This document shows positions 38,337 to 49,274 of a DNA stretch of 64,000 nt, in pieces. The notes under the pieces were generated by a model. The model ran no database searches. It was not told where the DNA came from and was given only the letters and a program-made list of their open reading frames with translations. The stretch comes from a virus. Lineage: Duplodnaviria; Caudoviricetes. Positions within the stretch are counted from its first letter, which is position 1. Every line of letters begins with the position of its first letter. Location of the stretch: positions 1 through 64,000 of IMG/VR virus record IMGVR_UViG_3300020048_003360, one strand, 5' to 3'. The translations under genes and the position numbers were made by a program.

Positions 38337-39727
38337 TAGGTGTGCAGTAGTTTACGAAGTGTACTAAGTTCATCTTTAAATTCTGAGGAAACAGTACCTT
38401 TACATTTATTTTGAATGAGCTCATAAACACCAATAGTAACTCTTAGTTCATCCTGAGCAACTCCTAGCAATTTTGTAATTAAGCGATCCAGTGTAGTAAA
38501 AAACTTCTTAGTTTCCATTGTTTCTCTATAAAAAGAACTTGAATAGGTACTAATTGCTGTTTTATATCTACCAACTAATGTAGTTGAATCCTTAGTGCGT
38601 TGTAATTCATTATTAAATCTATTAACATCGCCTATAAACTTTTGAATGCTCTCATGATGTTTTTTAGAACTATCTAATGTATTTTCTAACATATTTAGCG
38701 CACCTACAATACTACCAGCCTCTTCATCAAAATGTCTATGCAAATCTGGTTTCGTATATCCATCTTCAGGCAGTGCAATTAAATTCTTATAGTCTATTAC
38801 TAAATTACCTAAGTATCTAGCAGATCTACCATCACCAAATTGAGTAGTTAATAACGCATCATACTTTTTAAAGTACTCTAGTTGACCATCTACATCAGAT
38901 GTGTCTCTAAAATCCTCGACAGTAAGACTATTGTTTCCATTAGTTTCTGTAGTTTCTAGATCATTTATAACCTTTATTGAAAATTCTTTATATGCTCTTT
39001 CTATATGTTCAGCATATTTTTCCACATTAGGAACATCTTTTTGTATATCAAGGCCACTTGATGGATATTTTTCATTAAATTTAGCCGCCCAGGAAAAACT
39101 GACACTTTCACCATTAATCCACTTAGAAAGATGCGTCTCTTTAGATTCTAAAGCATGTGCGTGTAATAAATTTTCTAAGGAATTTGGCATAGTTCTATCG
39201 AGTTCTCGACATCTTTGAAAATGCCTTCTTAAGCCTTTAGCACTCTCACGTGTTGATCTAGCTTTTTCTTTACCTTTATTAATATCCTCTTCCGAATGAG
39301 AACTATATTTATTTCCACTACTACCCCAACTGCCGCCGCTACTACTACCCCAATTACTACTATTGCTACTACTACTGCTACTACTGTAGCTACTACTCCC
39401 ACTGCCACCACCGCCGCTACTCCCGCCACCGCCGCCACGCATACCAAGAGATGCTAATAAAAATGCAATAACGGCGGCACCAGCCGCAATAATTAATGTC
39501 CAAACACCCTCACTTAAAGCTTCAACAGACAATGTATAAGATTTAAGCCTATCTGACGTAATAGACCTAGTCTCTATAGCAAAGTTACCTCTGCTGACTC
39601 TGTTTAAGGTTATTTTTTCATATAGCTTAGTAACGTCATTTAAATCTGAAAATATTTTCACACATCGTGCTTCACAGCTTATAGTGCGACTTTCACTAAG
39701 TTCATTTGAGTTAATATATCTGCGCAT
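38336..39727 (-). CDS. Inner-head protein with a hydrophobic helix and Gly/Ser linker
   Basis: MRRYIN; SVEALSE|GVWTLIIAAGAAVIAFLLASLG followed by GGGGGSSGGGGSGSSSYSSSSSSS. Confidence 0.7.
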   Translation of the reverse strand: MRRYINSNELSESRTISCEARCVKIFSDLNDVTKLYEKITLNRVSRGNFAIETRSITSDRLKSYTLSVEALSEGVWTLIIAAGAAVIAFLLASLGMRGGGGGSSGGGGSGSSSYSSSSSSSNSSNWGSSSGGSWGSSGNKYSSHSEEDINKGKEKARSTRESAKGLRRHFQRCRELDRTMPNSLENLLHAHALESKETHLSKWINGESVSFSWAAKFNEKYPSSGLDIQKDVPNVEKYAEHIERAYKEFSIKVINDLETTETNGNNSLTVEDFRDTSDVDGQLEYFKKYDALLTTQFGDGRSARYLGNLVIDYKNLIALPEDGYTKPDLHRHFDEEAGSIVGALNMLENTLDSSKKHHESIQKFIGDVNRFNNELQRTKDSTTLVGRYKTAISTYSSSFYRETMETKKFFTTLDRLITKLLGVAQDELRVTIGVYELIQNKCKGTVSSEFKDELSTLRKLLHT

Positions 39728-39740
39728 GATTTAGTTCCTA

Positions 39741-40343
39741 TTATTTACCGAATAAAATATGCATAGTTCCTAATAGGTCTTCTAGACCATTTGGTTTACT
39801 ACACCATGTCTGGATTACTTCTAATAGATCAATGTTAAATCTGGCTGTTTCAATTGGGGCATCTTTATTTACATTAAAGAATTCTTTTACTTTATCACCT
39901 ACTGTGCCGACGGCAGTGGATCCATCGCCAATAGTAATAAGGGCCATCCAATTCTCTAAAGACATATCTCTAGCACCAGTACTAATAAACTTTAGAGTAT
40001 CGAGTATAAAGTCATTATGTAAGTTACCAGCTAATGGATTCTTATATTGGTTAATAACCCATAATAAGAAACTAGTAGTACCAAAAGCACTTAGAGCTAC
40101 TTTTAATACTGCAGTTCTAAACTCAGGTGATCCAGCAGTTATGTTATTAGTGGTATAAGACGTATAAAGTGATTCTACGTATGGATTGGGTTGGATATCT
40201 CCAGATCTCATATTACTATCATCTGCTTTATACTGCATGTGATTAACTTGACTGGCGATGACTTGTTGTGCATGTGCTACCTGTACAACTATATCACCAC
40301 CTAAGAAACCCCTTGGATATGCTCTAAGTCTAGTATTAAGCAT
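39741..40343 (-). CDS. Conserved hypothetical/virion protein in the phiKZ gp90-92-like position
   Basis: MLNTRLRAYPRGF, IQTWCSKPNGLEDL; synteny only. Confidence 0.55.
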   Translation of the reverse strand: MLNTRLRAYPRGFLGGDIVVQVAHAQQVIASQVNHMQYKADDSNMRSGDIQPNPYVESLYTSYTTNNITAGSPEFRTAVLKVALSAFGTTSFLLWVINQYKNPLAGNLHNDFILDTLKFISTGARDMSLENWMALITIGDGSTAVGTVGDKVKEFFNVNKDAPIETARFNIDLLEVIQTWCSKPNGLEDLLGTMHILFGK

Positions 40344-41235
40344 TTGCCTTCTCCATCTTAGCTAGCTTAAAGTTGAGACCTTGAATACGTGTCTCCATAT
40401 ATGCTATTTCTTTTTGAATTTTAGCATCTGGCTTACCTTCAGATAGTTTTTCTAAATTCAATTTACGTAATTGAATTAGACGTACTTCTTCTTTAGCTGC
40501 TTTATAGCGATCGGATTGCCATTCAGCTACAAACATACCTATATGATAAATTGGGTTCATCCAAATTGGAATTAAACTCATTTGAAAAGGATCAATCTTG
40601 TCCTCACCTATAGTAGCGCCTAGAGTGTGTGCATTATCTCCAGTTACTACTATGTCTGGGATATTGCTAAATTGTTTTTCTACTTGCTGGGGTTTGCCAG
40701 ATGTGATATTGAAAGCAGCACAGAAGGCAATGAAATTATGATTAATCCATTCAATTTCTGCTTTTGAAAATGAATCAACTAATGTAGTATCACTTTCTTC
40801 AAAAACAGAAGTTTCACAAATATAAATATATATCAAAAGTTTACGAGCGTACTTGCTTACGAAGCTGCAGGCTTCTTGAAACTGTAATAAATTAGTAGCT
40901 TTATATGTTAATCCAGAACCTACAACTTCAGTATTGAAGGTCTTGTCTACCATTTTTTCAGCATAATCTAGATTCAAAAGAATATCTTTAAATCCCTCAT
41001 GAATACAAACTACCATATTCTGACCACGTTGCTTCTCTACCATACGGTCAAAGGTAGCTGCTAGATCTTTAATTTCATTTGACTTAAACGTCCATTTACC
41101 TAATAGATCAGCTGCTGCTCTATATGCTGGTTGTGTGTGTTCAATTATCTCGGCTTTTGTTAATCTACTTTCTTCAATAACTCTACCCTTACCAAAAGTA
41201 GGTAAAAGACTTTGAACAAAATTTAATACTTTCAT
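40336..41235 (-). CDS. Head protein (phiKZ gp90-like)
   Basis: NFVQSLLPTF.K, NPIYHI...AEW...RY....EE..LI.LR.L.L, DAKI.K.I.Y...R. Confidence 0.6.
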   Translation of the reverse strand: MKVLNFVQSLLPTFGKGRVIEESRLTKAEIIEHTQPAYRAAADLLGKWTFKSNEIKDLAATFDRMVEKQRGQNMVVCIHEGFKDILLNLDYAEKMVDKTFNTEVVGSGLTYKATNLLQFQEACSFVSKYARKLLIYIYICETSVFEESDTTLVDSFSKAEIEWINHNFIAFCAAFNITSGKPQQVEKQFSNIPDIVVTGDNAHTLGATIGEDKIDPFQMSLIPIWMNPIYHIGMFVAEWQSDRYKAAKEEVRLIQLRKLNLEKLSEGKPDAKIQKEIAYMETRIQGLNFKLAKMEKANA

Positions 41236-41318
41236 GATTAAGTACCTTGTAAAGATTTGTATTGTAGGTTAGGTAAAGCTATTTAAAATATAGTAGCTTT
41301 ACTTAAAATATGATAGAC

Positions 41319-42824
41319 TTATAGACTTGGGGAATTCCCTAAGCTAAATGCTTTTAGTATTTCACTAACGTCTGGACCTGAGTTCTTATTAACATTCTTT
41401 ATATCTTTAGCACTAAGTTCCATGGCATCACGTAAACCTCTGCTATAGATAGTAACACGTTCCCACTCGGGATCGACTATACATAGCAGCATGAGGTATG
41501 TAGACTTGAAAATCTTAGCACGAGAATTAGCATCAGATAATTTAAGATTGGTTTCTATTTCTAACTGATCTGCTGAGGCTCTAGATAAGATACAGATATT
41601 ACTAGCTGTAGCTACAGATGGATTTGCAGATAAGATAGTCGATATCTTATTAGCACTAGCACGCTTTAGGATGTTTGTATAGATACCATCTTTATCAGCC
41701 ATTAAGTTCTTACGATGTGCATCTATTAGATCTTGACAGAAGATTAGGTCTTTAACAAACTCTAGTCTACCTGCTTTCCAAGAATGATAGCGTTCTTTTG
41801 CAGAAGTATCTTTACTACCTATACTTAGGATATGAATAAGATTACGAGACGGCAATGAGCTAGCCATTAGTCTAATAGAAACCATAATGGAAGCTTTATG
41901 TAAACCATCTGTAATTTCAACTGAGAATTGCTTACCTACTGAAAGATTGGCTAATTCACGTAGATCTTTCATTGTATCACGACCAAAGCCTGTTTCTGAC
42001 GCTTTTAGTCTATCATTACGTTCTTGTTTACGTAATTTTAAACCATCTTTTTCTAGTTTATAGCGAAGATTTGCTAAGGCCTTTTCTTCACCATATCTTT
42101 CTTTATCAAACTTAAACCTCTCAGCTGATTCCTTAGCTTTCTTTTCTGCCATACCTCTAGCATGTCCAGCAGAAACGTATTCGGCAGTCATTTTTTCTCG
42201 AAACTGTTTCTCATTCGCATCTGCAGCTCCATATTTAAGTTGTAGTTCTTCATCTTTTCTAACAGTATCTCTATCTGCTGTATCTGCAGCCCTATGCTTA
42301 ATCTCTAGTTCTTCATCTTTTCTTATGCTATCTTTATCTTTTCTTTCGTCTTCTTTTTCAGCAAATAGATACTCTAGATTATGTATCTCATCTTTAGTTA
42401 GCCAACTACTATAAGCTGCTTCTAAACCTATTGATTCTATCTCAAGTTTCTTTTCAAAAGTAGGTAAAGCGTGTTTATATGACTCTTGTGCTAATAACCA
42501 ACCCATGCTATCTGCTGCTGAATCGGTAGGACTTCTGCGTGGATTTAGCTTATCCAAATGACGCATAACTTCAATCTTACCTACCGATGTAGAGATAGCT
42601 ACAGCTTGTAGATAGTACCCAGCAAATATAGAAAGAATTGATTGCTGAATATCAGGTAATGAATCTAAATATAAACAATCAGTATCAATCAATACAATTG
42701 GCTCCACTCTAGCTACTTGAGTATAGTCAATTAAAGAATCTGATCTACTACCTTTCCATAGATCAGTAATTTTACGAAAAACTGATAAGCCAACATTACT
42801 TAAAGCTCCGCTAAGTCCAAACAT
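41319..42824 (-). CDS. Inner-head protein (phiKZ gp89-like)
   Basis: Likely start ATG 42824 (MFGLSG). SLIDYTQVARVEPIVLID...FAGYYLQAVA, LSVGK..V.I, GRLEFVKDLIFCQDLI, SPSL at the C-terminus. Confidence 0.62.
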   Translation of the reverse strand: MFGLSGALSNVGLSVFRKITDLWKGSRSDSLIDYTQVARVEPIVLIDTDCLYLDSLPDIQQSILSIFAGYYLQAVAISTSVGKIEVMRHLDKLNPRRSPTDSAADSMGWLLAQESYKHALPTFEKKLEIESIGLEAAYSSWLTKDEIHNLEYLFAEKEDERKDKDSIRKDEELEIKHRAADTADRDTVRKDEELQLKYGAADANEKQFREKMTAEYVSAGHARGMAEKKAKESAERFKFDKERYGEEKALANLRYKLEKDGLKLRKQERNDRLKASETGFGRDTMKDLRELANLSVGKQFSVEITDGLHKASIMVSIRLMASSLPSRNLIHILSIGSKDTSAKERYHSWKAGRLEFVKDLIFCQDLIDAHRKNLMADKDGIYTNILKRASANKISTILSANPSVATASNICILSRASADQLEIETNLKLSDANSRAKIFKSTYLMLLCIVDPEWERVTIYSRGLRDAMELSAKDIKNVNKNSGPDVSEILKAFSLGNSPSL

Positions 42825-42854
42825 GATGTGGTTCCATTTATTAAAGGTTTTAAT

Positions 42855-44045
42855 ATGAAAATTGTTGATGACTACCCAGGTAACTCTAAGTCTAATAACA
42901 CTGATGCTTCTGTAAGAACAGGTCAAGCACCAGAGGCTTTAAATCCAGACGTCAAAGGTATGTCCGACTATACTAATAGTGTTTTTAAGACTACTGGAGT
43001 GGGTTCTATTACTGATGCAATTGGTAATAGTTTGTATGGTATTAACCATAGGCAGACACCAGGCGCTATTCCACTTAATAAAGATTTTTTTGGTTTAACG
43101 TTTTTTACTAGACCAGATTTAAATTTAACCAGTGATAATATTAAAGCTATTAGACAGCTAGCCCCATTATTAACGTTAGAAAAAAACAGTATTCCAAGAA
43201 TTATTAGATGTTTATTAGATAATAGAATTGGAACTAGTCAAAATGAAACTGGGACTAGTGATCTAGTAGATAATCAACAGGCCTTTATTCCAATGTTAAC
43301 AAATCACCTATTATCAATAAGTGGTTGGCCTGATATTGTTGCACCTACATTTACATCACAAGAAGGTGTTTTTAAAGAAGCATTTAGCCTTATAGATGGT
43401 GTTGTACTTAACTATTCAACATACGATGTACAGGCTAATTTTCGTAATATACCTGGTGATCCTATCACATTATTATTCTTAATGTGGCTACATTACGCAT
43501 CTAATGTCTTTCAGGGCAATATAATACCGTATGTAGATAACTTAATAATGAATAAAGTGGATTATCAAACTAGAATATATAGATTAATTTTAGATAGTAG
43601 TAAGTCATATGTAAAGAAAATAGCTGCATGTGGAGCTGCCTTTCCATTATCTAGTCCAATAGGTGCTGCTTTTAACTACGAACACAATACACCAATTAGT
43701 GACTCTAATCACCAAATTAGTATTCCGTTTAGATGTAGTGGGTTTATGGCTCAGGACGACATATTAATTAAGGAATTTAATGACACTGCCGCAATGTTTA
43801 ATAAGACTATGGCAAAAGAAGCAACTGAAATAGAAGGTAAGATAGCCAGGTTATTAAATAGTAAAAGTAGCGTTACTCCTGAATCCTACGATAAAGCTAG
43901 ATTTAATAGTAATTATGTAAAAATAGCTATAAATGAATTAGGTATTTTTAATAATAGAGGATATCCACATATTAATTTAAATACTTACGAATTGGGCTGG
44001 TATATAGATATCGATACCTACAATAGTGTCTTTGCAAAAAAATAA
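42855..44045 (+). CDS. Virion structural protein (phiKZ gp88-like, possibly baseplate/tube initiator)
   Basis: Likely start ATG 42855. GINHRQ...GLTFFTRPDLNL, FIP.L.N.L.S.SGWPD, DY.TRIYRL.LD, FRC.G. Confidence 0.6.
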   Translation: MKIVDDYPGNSKSNNTDASVRTGQAPEALNPDVKGMSDYTNSVFKTTGVGSITDAIGNSLYGINHRQTPGAIPLNKDFFGLTFFTRPDLNLTSDNIKAIRQLAPLLTLEKNSIPRIIRCLLDNRIGTSQNETGTSDLVDNQQAFIPMLTNHLLSISGWPDIVAPTFTSQEGVFKEAFSLIDGVVLNYSTYDVQANFRNIPGDPITLLFLMWLHYASNVFQGNIIPYVDNLIMNKVDYQTRIYRLILDSSKSYVKKIAACGAAFPLSSPIGAAFNYEHNTPISDSNHQISIPFRCSGFMAQDDILIKEFNDTAAMFNKTMAKEATEIEGKIARLLNSKSSVTPESYDKARFNSNYVKIAINELGIFNNRGYPHINLNTYELGWYIDIDTYNSVFAKK

Positions 44046-44092
44046 AAAATATAACAAATTAATTTTATGTTTATTAATAAAAGGATTACTCC

Positions 44093-47000
44093 GTGACTAC
44101 CTCATCTACCACCACAGCCGTAGAGGCAGCCCTATTAACTGCTAGTGCTGCTGATGCCGCTACACTAGCAGTAGCTAATGCTGCCGCAGCTGCACTATCG
44201 CTAGCCACTACTGATAGTGGAAATACCGGTAGTACCGGTACACTAGCTAATAATACAGCACCAATTATACCGGCTGGTGCCGTTAGTAAATTAATGGATA
44301 ATGTAACTAATTATCAATATAATCCAGCTAGTATTCAAACTGCTATTTTACAGACCCTAACTGACGTTACTGATGGTAAAATTAATATAGTAGATCCTAG
44401 TAATCCTTTTGTATTCTGTTTAGAGGCCGCCTCAGTGCTTACAGCAGCCTTTATGATTAAGAATGAGGTTAGTACTAGGAAACAATATCCATACGCAGCA
44501 CAGACCCCAGAAGACCTCTATTTACATATGTCCGATATAGACTATATAAATAGATTTGCAGTTCCCACTACTACCACGTTTAATATTCTATTACCACTAA
44601 ATGAAGTATTAAATAAAATGGTACTAGATACCAATACTGGAATTAAGAAAATTGTAATACCAAGAAATACGTATTTTACAATTGCTAATGTACCATTCAG
44701 TATTCAGTATCCAATAGAAATTAGACAAATGCAACATGGTGGTCTACAGGTGGTATACGACACATCAGTTACGTCTCCTTTACAGACCTTAGCGTCTAAT
44801 GTAATCAGACATGAGATTAGACAAAGTACTGGCGGTAAGTATATTTTCTTTGAATTTGAAACAATACAATTCAATATAGTCACACAAACAGCATCTTTAA
44901 ATTCAATGGTAGATTTTTCTGCAGTAATTAATTTTACTGACCAATATTACTATACTAGAGTTTATGCTGAAAATGCAAATGGAACATGGACTGAAATTAG
45001 AACTACTCATAGTGATGAGATCTATGATATCGCAGTACCCACTGCAGTAGTAAAAATAATAGATAATTCAGTTAGGGTGAGTATACCTCAAATCTATACT
45101 GCCAGTGGTATTTTAAATAGAGGTCTTAGAATAGATGTATATGAAACTAAAGGCCCATTAAATATGATCTTATGGGAATACCCATTTACTTCATTTATAG
45201 CTAAATGGTTAGCTATTGATCCAAATGACAATACTATTTTTGTAGCGCCATTAAGCACCTTTAATACAATTATTCCATTTTCAACTAGTGTGGTATCTGG
45301 TGGTAAAGATGGTACTAATTTTGCTGATTTAAGAAGACAGGTAATGACGAATGCGATTGGTAGACCATCACTACCGATAACTAATGCTCAGATTGAAAAT
45401 ACACTAAATATAGCTGGATATACAATTGTAAAGAGTGTGGATAACGTTACTAGTAGAATATTCTTAGCTACTAAAGGAATGCCAATTCCCAATGAAGTAA
45501 CCTTGATTACTCCGGCATCGGCAGGTATGTCCACAATAAACATTACGATAGATCAATTAGTACAGATAGATACTGTAATAGATAATTCAGCTGAAGGTGC
45601 TGGTCAAAGTGTGACTATCACACCAGATACAATTTACCAAAATGTAAATGGAGTAACTACACCTTTAACTACTAACCAATTAAATACGTTATTAACGCAA
45701 TCAAATCAATCATTGGCGTTTAATGTAAATAATAACAATTATCTATATACTCCATTTCATTATGTTTTAGATATGTCAAATAATGAATTTAGTGTAAGAG
45801 CGTATTACTTAGATAAACCCACTATTGTAACACAATTATTTGTAGAAACAAACGACACTACGTTATTACAAGTAAATACTGGGACATATAGTATTTATAG
45901 AACAGCTACTGGATACACACTAACAGTAGTGACATTGTCAAATGATACATATAAAGAATTATTAAATGACGAGGTAGGTGCACAACTCTCATATATACCA
46001 GTAGGGCAAACTACACCAGCGTATTTAAATGGAGTATTGATGGGTAGTACTGACCTAGGTGAACGTATTTTTAGTTTTGACTTAAGTACTAATTTTAATG
46101 TAGATATTAGTGATAATATCATGTTAAGTAAGTTTTTAATGTTTGCTAACCAACCAGTATTAACGGCAACTAAATTAACAACTGATTTTAACATAATCTA
46201 TAATACAAATAGTCAGATGTCAAATACATGGATATCGAGTGGCGTAGATGATAGTCTAGGTAAGTTTTTACTAGACAATAACGTAATTGGTATCACTAAT
46301 GAAATACTACGTATTAATTTTGGTTATTCATTAGCTAGATTATGGAATGGCGCACGTAGTATATTATCTACTGCTGAATATCAAAAAAGAGAAACTGATG
46401 CATTACGACTATATGAGGAAGATATATATTTAACGGATGAGAATGGATCTGTAGTTCAATTTGATGAAAATGGAAATCCGGTACTGACTTTACTACACAG
46501 TAAAGGTGATATAGTGATGGATAGTACTGGTGAACCAATATACAGATATAGAACTGGTGATGTAGTACTAGATAGTGTCGGTAATCCAATAGTTGTTAAT
46601 GCTAGAACTACAATGCATCAGTTTGATGTAATGTTAATTGAAGGCGCATATTGGTTTGCTAATGACATTGTAGCTAATAGATACAGAACGTTAATTACAC
46701 AAAATCTATTGGATTGGATTACTAATGACTTGGTTGGAATTGAAAATCAATTATTAGAACAAACTAACATTTACTTTTATCCAAATACTACATTAGGTAC
46801 CATACGTGCTGTTGTGGATAATAACATTACTGTAAATATAGACGCCAGCCAAACCTTTGATGTAAATCTATATGTATCAAAGGTAGTATATGATAATGTA
46901 GCATTACGTAGTCAATTAACAAATGCCACTATATCTACAATTGGTAATGAACTCACTAAGACTACCTTCTCAATAGATAGTATAACTACATCTTTACGTG

Positions 47001-47194
47001 GTGCATTTGGTAATGATGTTATATCTATTCAAGTGAAAGGTCTTGGTGGTAACAATAACTACTCAGTTGTAACTATATTGGATACTGGTAAAAACTGCAG
47101 TATTAAGAAACGTCTGGTAGCAATGCCTGATAATAGTTTAGTTATAAATGAACAAGTAAACGTCCTATTTATCTTATATAACACACCTAGTTAA
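44093..47194 (+). CDS. Large virion structural protein (phiKZ gp87-like, probable baseplate wedge)
   Basis: DPSNPFVFCLEAA, YP..AQT.EDLY.HMSD, GG.....F..LR..V, DNVT.R..LA.K; 1033 aa. Confidence 0.62.
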   Translation: MTTSSTTTAVEAALLTASAADAATLAVANAAAAALSLATTDSGNTGSTGTLANNTAPIIPAGAVSKLMDNVTNYQYNPASIQTAILQTLTDVTDGKINIVDPSNPFVFCLEAASVLTAAFMIKNEVSTRKQYPYAAQTPEDLYLHMSDIDYINRFAVPTTTTFNILLPLNEVLNKMVLDTNTGIKKIVIPRNTYFTIANVPFSIQYPIEIRQMQHGGLQVVYDTSVTSPLQTLASNVIRHEIRQSTGGKYIFFEFETIQFNIVTQTASLNSMVDFSAVINFTDQYYYTRVYAENANGTWTEIRTTHSDEIYDIAVPTAVVKIIDNSVRVSIPQIYTASGILNRGLRIDVYETKGPLNMILWEYPFTSFIAKWLAIDPNDNTIFVAPLSTFNTIIPFSTSVVSGGKDGTNFADLRRQVMTNAIGRPSLPITNAQIENTLNIAGYTIVKSVDNVTSRIFLATKGMPIPNEVTLITPASAGMSTINITIDQLVQIDTVIDNSAEGAGQSVTITPDTIYQNVNGVTTPLTTNQLNTLLTQSNQSLAFNVNNNNYLYTPFHYVLDMSNNEFSVRAYYLDKPTIVTQLFVETNDTTLLQVNTGTYSIYRTATGYTLTVVTLSNDTYKELLNDEVGAQLSYIPVGQTTPAYLNGVLMGSTDLGERIFSFDLSTNFNVDISDNIMLSKFLMFANQPVLTATKLTTDFNIIYNTNSQMSNTWISSGVDDSLGKFLLDNNVIGITNEILRINFGYSLARLWNGARSILSTAEYQKRETDALRLYEEDIYLTDENGSVVQFDENGNPVLTLLHSKGDIVMDSTGEPIYRYRTGDVVLDSVGNPIVVNARTTMHQFDVMLIEGAYWFANDIVANRYRTLITQNLLDWITNDLVGIENQLLEQTNIYFYPNTTLGTIRAVVDNNITVNIDASQTFDVNLYVSKVVYDNVALRSQLTNATISTIGNELTKTTFSIDSITTSLRGAFGNDVISIQVKGLGGNNNYSVVTILDTGKNCSIKKRLVAMPDNSLVINEQVNVLFILYNTPS

Positions 47195-47202
47195 GTTAGC
47201 GT

Positions 47203-47247
47203 CATAAATCCCACTACCTTAGATATATTAAGGTAGTGGGATTTATG
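47203..47247. terminator. Bidirectional terminator between convergent genes
   Basis: 19-bp stem cataaatcccactacctta-gatatat-taaggtagtgggatttatg, with TATGACG (minus) and TATGCTG (plus) exits. Confidence 0.85.
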
Positions 47248-47250
47248 CTG

Positions 47251-48741
47251 CTATTGCTTATAATTCTTTAATAAAGATTTAATGTACTGATATTTTTCTT
47301 TAACGTCTTTATTTACTTCCAGATTCATATCACTACCCACTCTTCTTTCAACGACCAACAATGCGGCAGGTAGTGTCTTTTCCATTAGCTGTTTACCAAA
47401 TACGTTTAGAGTAGTTGCAATGGCCTTAACAATGCTGTATTCATTAGTAATCGCAACTACTATCTCTTCATGTAATTTCTGCCTAAGTTTAATCAACTCA
47501 ACATATCTCTTAAGTATGTCTCCATTCTTAGCATTTACACTAATATTTGCTAAGTCATGAAGAGCGTTAGCTGCATCTTTTAATGATTTTTTAACTTCGG
47601 ATAACTTTTCTTTATGATAGTACGTTGATTGAAGAGCACTTGATGTTACTTTGTATATTCTAGATATACTGTATTTTTTATAAATATCAGTAAGTGTTTT
47701 ATTAGCAAATTTTCCCGAATTGGTACTATTACTAATAACTGCTTTTATAGTAGTTAATAAACTTTCACTAGTAGTTTTATCTTCATGTAGGTCGCCAAAT
47801 AATTTATTAATATCTACAATATCTCTATCTATTTTAGCATTATGAGTATTAGTTTCAGCCTCACTAATTCTATCATCTTTGTAATTCTTGATGTATTTAA
47901 TCTCATCATGCATGCCTGTGTTTGATTTTTTATAAATTTCTAGGTATTTTTCCACTGTTGCGTTAGCTCTACTGATGTGGTCAATGTATGTAGAGATTTC
48001 ACTTTCTTCAGTAAAGATAGCAAATATAAAGTTATTTTGATTAATAAAAAAATTAGCTAAATCGCTACTTTTACCTTTATCTGATTTAATATACTCACTA
48101 ATAATATCATTAAAACTAACATGTTTAGTTGGTTTATTAACAGATTCCCAAACAGTAGGAGCTGTCATTTGTGCTGCAAGTTGTGCTGCAAGTTCAAAAC
48201 CACCTCTATTTAAATCATCAAGAGCCTCAGCACTATCGGCTACAGCCTCACCAACTTCTGTTAATTCTTCTGGTGTAACTGTACGTTTTTTACCACCACT
48301 ATTACTACTAGAACTATCACTATCTCCAAATAACCACGAAATAAACTTACCTAACATAGCCGCTATGGCTAATGCAGCAGCGGCTATCATAGCCCAAATA
48401 CCAGCACTGAGTTCTTCTATAGCTAATTTATATCTAGTTAATGTAGTGGATTCAGTATAGTATTTAATTGGTACTCCACCAAAATCTGGTATTACTTTCA
48501 TTGCTTCTATGGCAAATGACTGATTCATACCTTTTGATTTTATAATATCATCATAGAGGTATAGTGCATCACTTATTTTATTCTCCATAGCAGTAATGTT
48601 GGCTATATTCTCTGAGATATCTAAATAGTCGTAATCACCATATGGCTTCATTCTATCAAAATCATCACCACCATCTAGTGTGGGGTTAAAAATATCTACA
48701 ACATCTTCTACTTCCACATCAGAGGCGGTAATTAAAGGCAT
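47251..48741 (-). CDS. Inner-head protein (phiKZ gp86-like) with a hydrophobic segment
   Basis: Acidic propeptide, FAIE, LAIE|ELSAGIWAMIAAAALAIAAMLGKFISWLFG, then DSDSSSSNSGG. Confidence 0.62.
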   Translation of the reverse strand: MPLITASDVEVEDVVDIFNPTLDGGDDFDRMKPYGDYDYLDISENIANITAMENKISDALYLYDDIIKSKGMNQSFAIEAMKVIPDFGGVPIKYYTESTTLTRYKLAIEELSAGIWAMIAAAALAIAAMLGKFISWLFGDSDSSSSNSGGKKRTVTPEELTEVGEAVADSAEALDDLNRGGFELAAQLAAQMTAPTVWESVNKPTKHVSFNDIISEYIKSDKGKSSDLANFFINQNNFIFAIFTEESEISTYIDHISRANATVEKYLEIYKKSNTGMHDEIKYIKNYKDDRISEAETNTHNAKIDRDIVDINKLFGDLHEDKTTSESLLTTIKAVISNSTNSGKFANKTLTDIYKKYSISRIYKVTSSALQSTYYHKEKLSEVKKSLKDAANALHDLANISVNAKNGDILKRYVELIKLRQKLHEEIVVAITNEYSIVKAIATTLNVFGKQLMEKTLPAALLVVERRVGSDMNLEVNKDVKEKYQYIKSLLKNYKQ

Positions 48742-48763
48742 AATAAAATCTCACTTAATTTGT

Positions 48764-49243
48764 TTATAAACTACCATATGGTTGTTTTATGGTATTACTA
48801 GATTGATGTAAAATAGCTACAGCTTCATTAGCTAGCGTCAGAATGGCCAATTTACAACTACCGTCTAAAAATTCTTGTAGTGCTGGTGAAACCACACCAT
48901 AGACACCAAATACAGTAGAGAAGAAGTCACCTTTAGCAGCATACATTAAGCGACTAAGTGGAAATGCAGCAGTATAACGAACTAACCAAAAAGTACGTGC
49001 TTGATCAATTACTGCTTTGGGATCTAGCACCATGCTCTCATTCCATTCAGAAACGATAGCATTAAGACCTGGTACTACATTTATTTTAAAGTAATTACTA
49101 GGATCTTCTACTTGAGTAGTTGGTAAGTGCTGTATATTTGATAAAGCTAAAGCTAGTGCTGATGTCATAATAGCTAATCTATTTAATGGATCAGTAATTA
49201 CTAAATTAGCTTTTTGAATAAAAGGTGTATATATTGGGCTCAT
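48764..49243 (-). CDS. Conserved hypothetical protein (phiKZ gp85-like position)
   Basis: Clean ORF with SD; synteny only. Confidence 0.55.
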   Translation of the reverse strand: MSPIYTPFIQKANLVITDPLNRLAIMTSALALALSNIQHLPTTQVEDPSNYFKINVVPGLNAIVSEWNESMVLDPKAVIDQARTFWLVRYTAAFPLSRLMYAAKGDFFSTVFGVYGVVSPALQEFLDGSCKLAILTLANEAVAILHQSSNTIKQPYGSL

Positions 49244-49274
49244 TGTATTTTCCTATTATAACGATATGTAAAGA

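Noticed and set aside
41319-44045. Apparent ~100-bp head-to-head overlap of the 535-aa and 405-aa ORFs
   Set aside because: Disappears with the better-supported starts at 42824 and 42855.
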